Under the pieces are notes generated by a model, which saw nothing but the letters and a program-made list of their open reading frames with translations, was not told where the DNA came from and made no database searches. Shown in pieces: positions 17,792-25,847 of a DNA stretch of 32,000 nt; position 1 is the first letter of the stretch, and the number at the start of each line of letters is the position of its first letter. A program made the translations under genes and the position numbers. Source of the stretch: Alphaproteobacteria bacterium (GTDB taxonomy: Bacteria > Pseudomonadota > Alphaproteobacteria > Rs-D84); contig JAFVFD010000002.1 in assembly GCA_017475605.1 (NCBI GenBank), positions 120,001-152,000 of the forward strand, given 5' to 3'.

Positions 17792-18427
17792 ATGAACAAA
17801 ACTATTCTTGTTATTGACGATGACGAAGCATTAAACAAAACACTGGCGCGCGGTCTGCGCACCGATGGGTTTGATGTTATTTCGGCATTAAGTGCAGAAG
17901 ATGGCGCATCTGTCCTGGCACGCATTCGGGTTGATGCCATTGTTTTAGACCGTATGATGACTGGAATTGACGGGCTTAGTTTCCTTCAAGATTTGCGCGC
18001 CGGTGGCGATACAACCCCGGTTATAATGCTGACCGCGATGGGTGGGGCAGAAAACGCAATTGCGGGCCTTTCGGGCGGGGCGAACGATTATCTTGCCAAA
18101 CCATTTCAATTACGCGAACTGATATTGCGCCTTAATAATATTATCAAAACAAATGATGCCCCCACGAAAATGCCGGCGGGACTTACATTTGCAGATGATG
18201 AATTTTTTGTTGATACACCAAAGGGCACAAAACTTTTCGCATTATCCGGCGAAGAAAAGAAGTTATTAACCCACCTTGTTACGCCGATGGGGAATATCGC
18301 ACCGGCATCGCCAATGGTCGCAAAACGCTTGCGCGCAAAATTAAATGGTGTATTATCAAACCTGGATATTATAACAATTCGTGGCCAGGGCTATAAAATT
18401 ATAGACCAAACCACAAACAACAACTAA
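17792..18427 (+). CDS. OmpR-family response regulator with a shortened effector domain
   Basis: Receiver domain (ILVIDDDE, AIVLDRMMTGIDG, LTAMG, YLAKPF) and a C-terminal winged-helix remnant (RLRAKL...ITIRGQGYKI). At 211 aa it is about 20-25 aa shorter than typical family members. Confidence 0.85.
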   Translation: MNKTILVIDDDEALNKTLARGLRTDGFDVISALSAEDGASVLARIRVDAIVLDRMMTGIDGLSFLQDLRAGGDTTPVIMLTAMGGAENAIAGLSGGANDYLAKPFQLRELILRLNNIIKTNDAPTKMPAGLTFADDEFFVDTPKGTKLFALSGEEKKLLTHLVTPMGNIAPASPMVAKRLRAKLNGVLSNLDIITIRGQGYKIIDQTTNNN

Positions 18428-18431
18428 CAAA

Positions 18432-19724
18432 ATGGTGAAAAAGATGAGATTAATGCCCAGAAGTTTTCTTGCCCGAACAATATTGATGGTTTTGTTGCCG
18501 TTGATTATCGCACTGGCCATTGTCGCAAATGCGTTTTTTGGAAACCACTGGGAACGCGTCCATGCCACAATGGCAAACACAGTTGCCGGCGAAATATCAA
18601 CCTTGATGAAATTTTTAAACGAAGGCAACACCGATGCCATGAACACAATGGCAAACAATATTGGTATTTCTGTGTCTATAAATGATACTGCAACAAAACG
18701 CAAACACGACGATAATCACGCGATGGAGGCAGGACCATTGTCGCGCCAGTTGAAGCAACGCCTTAACCAACGGGCAAGCATCTATATCAACCGCGGCAAA
18801 CGCCAGGTTCGCATAGAAGTTCCAACAAACGACGGTCGTGTGGCGGCATTTGGTCTGTCTATGTACCGTATTTATTCCACCAGTGCCGAAGTTTTCCTTA
18901 TTTGGTTAATTGGGTCTATTTTGATTGTGGGCGCATTGGTTGCACCGTTCATAATTGCCCATACACGCAGTATCCGCCGCATTGCCAAGGCCGCAAATCG
19001 TTTCGGTCGCGGGCTGGATGCGCCGTGTTTTGAACCATCGGGTTCCCGCGAAATTCGCGAAGCGGCATCAGCCATGATTACAATGAAGGAACGCCTTAAT
19101 AGATATAATCGCACACGAACAGACATGCTTAACGCGGTAAGCCATGATTTAAAATCGCCACTGACCCGCATGCGTTTGGCGGTTGAAACCGATGCCGCAT
19201 CAAAAGAAGATCTTTTGCGCGATATTGACCGCATGGCAGAAATGGTTAACGGCTATCTGGCATTTGCGCGTGGCGAAATGCCGGAAATAGAACAGGCAAC
19301 CGAATTGCCATCTATGTTAATTCGTACCGCACGCGATGCCGCACCCAAAAAGAAAATCATTACCGATTTTCCAGATGCGCCGGCGCAATTCTATGCGCGC
19401 CCGATGGCACTGGCACGCGCGTTCGCCAACATTATTGAAAATGCGGCACGTTATGCTAAAAAGACCATAAAAATAACAGAACGTGATTCCGCGGATATGG
19501 TTGAAATCATTATCGAAGACGATGGTCCAGGCATACCAGATGACAAAAAGGCGGACGCACTGCGCCCATTTGTGCGCCTTGACAATGCCCGCGGTACAAA
19601 AACCGGCGGAACAGGACTGGGGTTGTCTATTGCGCAAACGGCCATTGAAAACCATGGCGGACAAATATTCTTGGAAAACAGTGATTTGGGCGGTCTGCGC
19701 GTACGCGTTGTATTACCAATATAA
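18432..19724 (+). CDS. EnvZ-like sensor histidine kinase
   Basis: Two TM segments flank a periplasmic region. H-box SHDLKSPLTRMRL, N box ENAARYA, G1 DDGPGIP and G2 GGTGLGLSIA. Starts 4 nt after the response-regulator stop. Confidence 0.87.
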   Translation: MVKKMRLMPRSFLARTILMVLLPLIIALAIVANAFFGNHWERVHATMANTVAGEISTLMKFLNEGNTDAMNTMANNIGISVSINDTATKRKHDDNHAMEAGPLSRQLKQRLNQRASIYINRGKRQVRIEVPTNDGRVAAFGLSMYRIYSTSAEVFLIWLIGSILIVGALVAPFIIAHTRSIRRIAKAANRFGRGLDAPCFEPSGSREIREAASAMITMKERLNRYNRTRTDMLNAVSHDLKSPLTRMRLAVETDAASKEDLLRDIDRMAEMVNGYLAFARGEMPEIEQATELPSMLIRTARDAAPKKKIITDFPDAPAQFYARPMALARAFANIIENAARYAKKTIKITERDSADMVEIIIEDDGPGIPDDKKADALRPFVRLDNARGTKTGGTGLGLSIAQTAIENHGGQIFLENSDLGGLRVRVVLPI

Positions 19725-19741
19725 TTTGTGGGGTATCGGAA

Positions 19742-21454
19742 ATGAATCTTTATAAATATGTATCTGATAAAATAAATGAAAAACTGGGGGCGACGGTAAA
19801 CTTGGAAACACCGCGCAACCGCGAATTTGGCGATTTTTCAACCAATGTTGCGATGGTTATGGCGCGTACCGCCGGCAAAAACCCACGTGAATTGGCGGGC
19901 GATTATGTTGCAAAACTGGCGGAATTAGATTTTGTGGAAAACGCATCGATTGCGGGTCCGGGCTTTATTAACATTAAATTACGCGATGATTTTATATGGA
20001 AAAATGTTGCCGCACCGGAACAGATTGCCGCCGCAAAACCAATGGTTATTGATATGGACTATGGCGCATATAATGTCGCAAAGTCATTACATATTGGGCA
20101 TTTGCGTACATCCATCGTTGGCGACACATTAAATCGCATCGCACGTTTCGTTGGGCATAAAACGATTTCATATAATCACTTGGGCGACTGGGGACGTTCA
20201 ATGGGAATGGTTATCGCATGGATAAAACGCATTCACCCAGACTGGCCGTTTTTCCAGGATAATTTCGATGCGTCTGCGGACTATTCTTCGTACGCGATGC
20301 CGGTTGCAGAACTGGACACATATTATCCCGCCGCGGCCGCATTGGCAAAAACAGATCCTGAATTTATGGAATTGGCGCAAAACATAACCGCCGATTTACA
20401 AAAGGGGCATCCTGGATACAATGCCTTGTACAATGTGTTTATACCGGTATCGCTTGCCGCAATGGACAAGATTATTCAACAATTGAATATGTTACCATTT
20501 GACAGAAACCTGGGCGAAAAGAACGCCGCGCTGTACGAAGAACCGGTTGAAAATATTTTACGCGATAAACATTTGTTGGAACAAAGTGATGGTGCCGAAA
20601 TCGTTGTTGTAAAACGCGATACCGATACCGCACCAATGCCACCAATTATGTTCCATAATTCGCGTGGGGCAACGACATATGATGCAACCGACATTATGGC
20701 ATTGTATTATCGCAAAATTACCGACAACCCAGACAAGATTATATATTTAACCGACAGCCGCCAAAAACTGCATTTCGAACAGTTGTTCCGCGTTGCCGAA
20801 TTAACAGGACTGTTTCCGGCGGAAAATCTGGAACATATCGGATATGGAACAATAAACGGCACCGACGGCAAGCCGTTCAAAACCCGCGACGGTAATGCGG
20901 CTGGGCTGTCTGATATTATGCAAATGGTGCGCGATGCGGCGCGTGCGCGCGTTGCGGAATCGGGTAAAAACCTGGACGACGAAACGATTGACCAAATCGC
21001 ATTGGCTGCGTTAAAGTTCAACGATTTGATGCACGATTTGCGTTCGGACTATATTTTTGACCCGTCGGCGGTAACCAGTTTTGAAGGGCGCACTGGACCA
21101 TATATTTTATATACCGCCGTCCGCTTGAACAGCATATTAAACAAAGTGCATGGTGAAAAAGCCGCACCAAAAGATTACAAATTAAACGCGGACGAACGCA
21201 ATTTGTTAATTCAAATTATGGATTTTGAACGCACTGTTTTGGCGGCATTTGATAAACGCGCAACCGATATGATTGCGAACTATACATATGATTTGTGCCA
21301 ACTTATCAACACATTCTATCACAATTGTCCAATTATGCGCGACGATATTGATGACGCAACGCGGGGCGCGCGTATCCACATTGTACAAATTGCCCGCGAC
21401 ACATTGGCAACGGCGATTGATTTAATGGGGTTGCAGATTCCACGCGAAATGTAA
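19742..21454 (+). CDS. argS: Arginine--tRNA ligase
   Basis: 570 aa class-I aaRS with the HIGH motif (SLHIGHLRTSIVGD) and the ArgRS N-terminal and anticodon-binding (DALR-type) architecture. Confidence 0.93.
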   Translation: MNLYKYVSDKINEKLGATVNLETPRNREFGDFSTNVAMVMARTAGKNPRELAGDYVAKLAELDFVENASIAGPGFINIKLRDDFIWKNVAAPEQIAAAKPMVIDMDYGAYNVAKSLHIGHLRTSIVGDTLNRIARFVGHKTISYNHLGDWGRSMGMVIAWIKRIHPDWPFFQDNFDASADYSSYAMPVAELDTYYPAAAALAKTDPEFMELAQNITADLQKGHPGYNALYNVFIPVSLAAMDKIIQQLNMLPFDRNLGEKNAALYEEPVENILRDKHLLEQSDGAEIVVVKRDTDTAPMPPIMFHNSRGATTYDATDIMALYYRKITDNPDKIIYLTDSRQKLHFEQLFRVAELTGLFPAENLEHIGYGTINGTDGKPFKTRDGNAAGLSDIMQMVRDAARARVAESGKNLDDETIDQIALAALKFNDLMHDLRSDYIFDPSAVTSFEGRTGPYILYTAVRLNSILNKVHGEKAAPKDYKLNADERNLLIQIMDFERTVLAAFDKRATDMIANYTYDLCQLINTFYHNCPIMRDDIDDATRGARIHIVQIARDTLATAIDLMGLQIPREM

Positions 21455-21465
21455 TCAGCACAAAG

Positions 21466-21491
21466 ACACCGTCAAACGACGGTGTTTTTGT
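21466..21491 (+). terminator. Rho-independent terminator after argS
   Basis: 8-bp stem ACACCGTC/GACGGTGT with a 4-nt loop, followed by TTTTGTTTG. Confidence 0.65.
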
Positions 21492-21531
21492 TTGCTCGTT
21501 GTATGGTATAATAATACCGTATTGATTTTTC

Positions 21532-21560
21532 TTGACTTTTCTGCGGACTTCATACATAAT
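21532..21560 (+). promoter_or_regulatory. Candidate rplM-rpsI promoter
   Basis: TTGACT - 17 nt - CATAAT, ~38 nt upstream of the rplM ATG. Confidence 0.4.
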
Positions 21561-21598
21561 ATGTCCGCTTTAATTTATAAAACAAAGGTAAAACAACA

Positions 21599-22072
21599 AT
21601 GGCAACGACAAAATCGTTAAAAAAGTGCGAATTAGATGCTAAATGGTATCTGATTGACGCAACTGATTGCACACTGGGTCGTTTGGCGGCATTTACCGCG
21701 AACATCCTGCGTGGCAAGAACAAGCCAACATGGACACCAAATATGGATTGTGGCGACCATGTTATCATCATTAACGCATCCAAGGTTGCGATGTCTGGAC
21801 ACAAGGCTGAAAAGACCAAGTTTTTCTGGCACTCTTTGTGGACCGGTTCGACCAAGGAACGTACATTGGGTCAAATGCGCGATGAAAAGCCTGAAAAATT
21901 AATCACCAACGCGGTAAAGCGTATGATGGGCCGTCGCACAACAGTCGCATTGGCGAACCAACGCTTGACTAAATTGCACGTATATGCGGGTGCAGAACAC
22001 AAACACGCCGCGCAAAATCCAGTTGTTATTGATTTTGCATCACTGAATCGTAAAAACAAAAGGGGTGAATAA
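21599..22072 (+). CDS. rplM: 50S ribosomal protein L13
   Basis: [46 protein letters not shown] matches the L13 signature. The stop overlaps the rpsI ATG (TAATG). Confidence 0.96.
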   Translation: MATTKSLKKCELDAKWYLIDATDCTLGRLAAFTANILRGKNKPTWTPNMDCGDHVIIINASKVAMSGHKAEKTKFFWHSLWTGSTKERTLGQMRDEKPEKLITNAVKRMMGRRTTVALANQRLTKLHVYAGAEHKHAAQNPVVIDFASLNRKNKRGE

Positions 22073-22608
22073 TGGCAGAAGTTAAGAAAACAACGGCCAC
22101 AGCAAAGAAAGCAACCACGACCAAGGCTGCTGCTAAACCGGCCGCAACCAAGACTGTTAAGAAAGAAGCCCCTGCGAAGAAAACCGCCGCAGCCAAGGCA
22201 TCAACAGCCACCGCTAAATTGACGGGCGCAACATACGCAACCGGTAAACGTAAAGATTCCGTTGCACGTGTTTATTTGGTCCCAGGTACCGGCAAAATCA
22301 TCGTTAACGATACACCGGTGGAAAAATACTTCCGTCGTCCTGTGTTGCAGATGATTATTGCGCAACCATTTAACATCACAAAACGCGAAACCGCATACGA
22401 TGCCGTTTGTATGGTTTTGGGTGGTGGTTTATCTGGTCAGGCAGGTGCCGTTAAACATGGTATTTCCAAGGCATTGGAAAAAGCAGAACCAGATTTGCGC
22501 AAGGTTTTGAAAGCTGCAGGCTTTCTTACCCGCGACAGTCGTGTCGTTGAACGTAAACACTATGGTGTTCGCAAGGCACGTCGTTCTACACAGTTCTCGA
22601 AACGTTAA
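22072..22608 (+). CDS. rpsI: 30S ribosomal protein S9 with a ~50-aa Lys/Ala/Thr-rich N-terminal extension
   Basis: The C-terminal ~125 aa ([12 protein letters not shown]...[19 protein letters not shown]...[12 protein letters not shown]) are canonical S9. The N-terminus is [43 protein letters not shown]. Confidence 0.95.
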   Translation: MAEVKKTTATAKKATTTKAAAKPAATKTVKKEAPAKKTAAAKASTATAKLTGATYATGKRKDSVARVYLVPGTGKIIVNDTPVEKYFRRPVLQMIIAQPFNITKRETAYDAVCMVLGGGLSGQAGAVKHGISKALEKAEPDLRKVLKAAGFLTRDSRVVERKHYGVRKARRSTQFSKR

Positions 22609-22627
22609 TGCGTTTGGAAACAATCAG

Positions 22628-22651
22628 ACCGCCCATTTGGGCGGTTTTTTA
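22628..22651 (+). terminator. Rho-independent terminator after rpsI
   Basis: Stem ACCGCCC/GGGCGGT with loop ATTT, followed by a T6 run. Confidence 0.7.
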
Positions 22652-22673
22652 TTTAATTTTATTCAAGTTTATG

Positions 22674-22702
22674 TTGAATTTTCTAAAAAACGCGTGTATA
22701 GT
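22674..22702 (+). promoter_or_regulatory. Candidate tig promoter
   Basis: TTGAAT - 17 nt - TATAGT. The -10 element overlaps the track's TTG 'start' at 22702, which argues for the ATG at 22735. Confidence 0.35.
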
Positions 22703-22734
22703 TGCGGGGCAATTGTATAAAAAGGGTACCACAT

Positions 22735-24033
22735 ATGTTTAAAAAAGAAAAAATCAAAGATTTACATTATTCTGTAACGGGTCTGCTTTCCGCTGATGAA
22801 TTACAGGCCGCAGCCGATGAAATCCTGACTGAATATGGCAAAAAGGCCAAAATGCCGGGTTTCCGTCCAGGGCACATTCCATTAAGTGTTTTGCGCCAAA
22901 AATTCAACGCATCTGCATATGGCGAAGCAATCGATAAATTGATGAACCGCGACCTTAATGATTATGTTGCAGATAAGAAATTGCGTCTTGCCGGCGCACC
23001 AAAGGCGGACTTGTCTGGTTGGGAAATCGGCAAAGATGCCGAATATTCGTTGGAATTTGATATTTTGCCAACATTACCGGAAATTGATTTAGAAAAAATC
23101 ACTGTTACCAAGAAAACAACCAAGTTGGACGAAGCCGAGGTTGAAAAATCTATTGAAAACATCCGCAAAAATCGCAGCACCGCTGAAAAACAAGACGAAA
23201 AATATAAAGCCAAAGACGGCGACACCGCTGTTATTGATTTCAAGGGCTTTATCGGCAAAGATGCCTTTGAAGGTGGCGCAGCAGAAAAACATCACTTGGT
23301 TTTGGGTTCTGGCGCGTTTATTCCAGGCTTTGAAGATCAAATCATTGGCCACAAAGCAGGCGACAAATTCGATGTTAATGTAAAGTTCCCAGCCGATTAT
23401 CACGCAGAAAACCTGGCAGGGAAAGATGCGCGTTTTGAAGTTTTGGTTCACGAAGTTCGCAAACACATTTTGCCGGAAATCAATGACGAATTGGCAAAAT
23501 CTGTCGGTCATGAATCGATGGACAAATTACGCGAACATATCCGTAAATTGTTGAATGAACAATATGAAGAGGCCGCACAACGCGAAATGCGCAACGAATT
23601 GTTGGACGTATTGGCAGACAAGGTGAAATTAGATTTGCCAGAAGGCTTGGTTGAACAAGAATTAAACATGGCAAAATCTGAACACGAACACCACAATGCC
23701 GAACATGGCCACGAACACAAATGGGACGAAAAGGCAGAACGCAAGGAAGCCGAACGTCGCGTTAAACTAGGTCTGATTTTGGCGGAATGGGGGACAAATA
23801 ACAAGGTTGATGTTACCCGCGACGATTTACAGCAAGCCGTCTGGGCCGAAGCATCCCGTTATCCAAACCCACAACAAGTGTTCGAATTCTATAACAAGAA
23901 TCAGAACGCATTGGCCATGCTGCGCGGTATGATTTTTGAACGCAAGGCATTGGATGCGATGTTGACACATGTGAAAACAAAAGAAAAGGCCGTAAAGCCA
24001 GAAGAATTGTTTACACCAGTTGACGCACATTAA
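22735..24033 (+). CDS. tig: Trigger factor (ribosome-associated PPIase chaperone)
   Basis: N-terminal ribosome-binding motif GFRPGHIP, a central FKBP-type domain (DFKGFIGKDAFEGGAAEKHHLVLGSGAFIPGFEDQIIG) and a C-terminal arm domain. Confidence 0.9.
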   Translation: MFKKEKIKDLHYSVTGLLSADELQAAADEILTEYGKKAKMPGFRPGHIPLSVLRQKFNASAYGEAIDKLMNRDLNDYVADKKLRLAGAPKADLSGWEIGKDAEYSLEFDILPTLPEIDLEKITVTKKTTKLDEAEVEKSIENIRKNRSTAEKQDEKYKAKDGDTAVIDFKGFIGKDAFEGGAAEKHHLVLGSGAFIPGFEDQIIGHKAGDKFDVNVKFPADYHAENLAGKDARFEVLVHEVRKHILPEINDELAKSVGHESMDKLREHIRKLLNEQYEEAAQREMRNELLDVLADKVKLDLPEGLVEQELNMAKSEHEHHNAEHGHEHKWDEKAERKEAERRVKLGLILAEWGTNNKVDVTRDDLQQAVWAEASRYPNPQQVFEFYNKNQNALAMLRGMIFERKALDAMLTHVKTKEKAVKPEELFTPVDAH

Positions 24034-24034
24034 T

Positions 24035-24061
24035 AAAAACCCGCCATACCGGCGGGTTTTT
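24035..24061 (+). terminator. Rho-independent terminator after tig
   Basis: AAAAA, stem CCCGCC/GGCGGG with a 5-nt loop, then TTTTT. Confidence 0.7.
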
Positions 24062-24064
24062 ATC

Positions 24065-24094
24065 TTGATTTTTTATAAGCCAATATTCTAGAAT
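24065..24094 (+). promoter_or_regulatory. Candidate thyA promoter
   Basis: TTGATT - 18 nt - TAGAAT. An AAAGGAAGG RBS precedes the ATG at 24148. Confidence 0.35.
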
Positions 24095-24147
24095 CAAAAT
24101 TGTAGGCGGGGGCAGGGATAGTTCATAAAAGAAAGGAAGGCACGTCT

Positions 24148-25113
24148 ATGAAACAATATCTTGATATTTTAGATAATGTTATGACAAACGGTACATGGTC
24201 CGACAATCGTACCGGCATAAAGACATTGCGCGTACCATCGGGCGCAACATTTGAACACGATATGGCAACAGGCTTCCCATTGGTTACAACCAAGAAAATG
24301 GGATTAAAAAATATCGCAACCGAACTGGAATTTTTTATTCGGGGAATTACCGACAAAAAATGGTTGACTGACAGGAACTGTCATATTTGGGACGAATGGT
24401 CAAACCCAGAAAAATGGCAACCGTTGTATGAAGAACGGGTCGCCACATATGACCAATATTTGTTCAAACTGACCGATGAAGAAAAAACCAGTATAAAAAA
24501 TCAACTTATGGCGGATGGACGCGATTTAGGTCCCATCTATGGTTGGCAATGGCGGCACTTTGGCGGGAAATATAAATTTGATGAAAAACAAATCGACAAG
24601 GACCCAACAAACAATTTTGACAAGCGCCGCCCCGGAATTGACCAGGTTGCCACCGCAATTTATGAAATCAAGCACAACCCGACAAATCGTCGCATCATTG
24701 TAAACGCATGGAATCCCGTTGATATGGGAAAAATGGCATTGCCCCCATGCCATGTTATGCACCAGGTGCTTGTTCACGACGGCAAATTGAACCTTATATG
24801 GACACAACGTTCATGTGATATGTTCTTGGATATTCCATATAATATCGCATCATATGCGTTGTTATTGTTGCTCTATGCCAAGGAAGCAGGCCTTAAACCC
24901 GGCATATTAAAGGGTGAATTACACGATGTTCATATCTATGAAAATCATATTGACCAGGTCCGCAATCAACTGACCCGCACACCGTACAAATTACCAACGG
25001 TCGAAATACCAGACGAAAATTGGCGGGGGATGTTAAAGTGGTCGGCCGCCAATGGATTTAAGTTAAAAGACTATATCTGCCACGAAAAATTACGTGGCGC
25101 GGTCGCGCGCTAG
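24148..25113 (+). CDS. thyA: Thymidylate synthase (ThyA, long form with small-domain insert)
   Basis: MKQYLDIL...DNRTGIKT...GFPLVTTKK...NAWNP...ALPPCH (catalytic Cys)...QRSCDMFLDIPYNIASYALL. At 321 aa it resembles the long ThyA variants. Confidence 0.95.
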   Translation: MKQYLDILDNVMTNGTWSDNRTGIKTLRVPSGATFEHDMATGFPLVTTKKMGLKNIATELEFFIRGITDKKWLTDRNCHIWDEWSNPEKWQPLYEERVATYDQYLFKLTDEEKTSIKNQLMADGRDLGPIYGWQWRHFGGKYKFDEKQIDKDPTNNFDKRRPGIDQVATAIYEIKHNPTNRRIIVNAWNPVDMGKMALPPCHVMHQVLVHDGKLNLIWTQRSCDMFLDIPYNIASYALLLLLYAKEAGLKPGILKGELHDVHIYENHIDQVRNQLTRTPYKLPTVEIPDENWRGMLKWSAANGFKLKDYICHEKLRGAVAR

Positions 25114-25160
25114 GCCAACACCCCACCCAAACCGGTGGGGCATTATTATGAAAACAAATA

Positions 25161-25191
25161 TTGACAAATATATTATTTTGTGTTATATAAT
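25161..25191 (+). promoter_or_regulatory. Candidate promoter of the 25213 orphan gene
   Basis: Consensus TTGACA - 17 nt - TATATA (or 19 nt - TATAAT). Confidence 0.4.
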
Positions 25192-25212
25192 AATGGAACA
25201 AAAGGTAAAATA

Positions 25213-25704
25213 ATGAAAAAACAAATAAAAGATATGACCAAGGCCGAAAAATTATCACGCATTGAACGTTTGTCTTTAAAATTTCATGATATTGAAACGA
25301 TACCGTCCGTATTGTTATCGGACGAGGCCAAACGCACACAGTCAGATAAAACAATAATTGACGCGATTAACAAATTGGAAACACTGGAAATTCAAAGCCA
25401 CCAACTAGAACAAGCCCATTCGGATGTCATGGCGCGTGATTTACGCCCATTAAAGCGTATTTATGATTACGAAACCGAAAAACTGGCCAAGAAACAAGAA
25501 TCTGAAAACCAAACATATCTTTCGCGCAGAATACCTGTTCCACAACACATTCAACAAAAACACATTAGCGAAAAGAAAGAATTGGAAACCAAACACGCAA
25601 ATCGCAAAAAAGCAGCATTGGCCCCAACAGAAACTAAACTTGCGGAATGTAAACAAAAAATATATTCGGTATTTATGGACGCAGTCCGATATCTGTACAG
25701 GTAA
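25213..25704 (+). CDS. Hypothetical charged, probably coiled-coil protein (163 aa)
   Basis: ORF from ATG 25213 (MKKQIKDMTKAEK). Rich in K/E/Q with heptad-like stretches and no signal peptide. It has its own promoter and terminator. Confidence 0.55.
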   Translation: MKKQIKDMTKAEKLSRIERLSLKFHDIETIPSVLLSDEAKRTQSDKTIIDAINKLETLEIQSHQLEQAHSDVMARDLRPLKRIYDYETEKLAKKQESENQTYLSRRIPVPQHIQQKHISEKKELETKHANRKKAALAPTETKLAECKQKIYSVFMDAVRYLYR

Positions 25705-25705
25705 T

Positions 25706-25733
25706 AAAAAACGCGCATAACGCGCGTTTTTTT
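25706..25733 (+). terminator. Rho-independent terminator
   Basis: AAAAA, stem ACGCGC/GCGCGT with a 5-nt loop, then T7. Confidence 0.7.
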
Positions 25734-25745
25734 GTTGTTATTTTC

Positions 25746-25774
25746 TTGATTTTTCGTTTATTTTCATTTAATAT
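25746..25774 (+). promoter_or_regulatory. Candidate rpsA promoter
   Basis: TTGATT - 17 nt - TAATAT. It lies inside the 5' extension of the track ORF (25746...), which is therefore probably non-coding. Confidence 0.45.
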
Positions 25775-25780
25775 TGTGCT

Positions 25781-25806
25781 GATTTTCGCGGGTGGGCACG
25801 AAAATC
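25781..25806 (+). promoter_or_regulatory. Hairpin in the rpsA 5' leader
   Basis: 8-bp stem GATTTTCG/CGAAAATC with a 10-nt G-rich loop, just downstream of the predicted -10. Neither candidate ATG (25848, 25881) has an SD. Confidence 0.3.
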
Positions 25807-25847
25807 GTCCGATTAACCCCACAAGTCCTTTGCTTTTTTCTAGAAGT

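Noticed and set aside
17527-17940. ORF 17527..17940(-), 137 aa
   Set aside because: It is antisense to the 3' end of the secreted-protein gene and the 5' end of the response regulator. It has no RBS, and its composition is Ala/Ser/Arg-rich.
22026-22211. Hydrophobic 61-aa ORF (-) that looks like a TM peptide
   Set aside because: It is the antisense translation of the Lys/Ala/Thr-rich S9 extension (GCN/AAR codons read backwards give Ala/Phe/Leu/Val), so it is an artefact.
25746-25847. N-terminal 34-45 residues of the track's rpsA ORF (MIFRLFSFNIVLIFAGGHENRP...)
   Set aside because: The region contains a near-consensus promoter and a leader hairpin and has no similarity to S1, so the real start is at 25848 or 25881.
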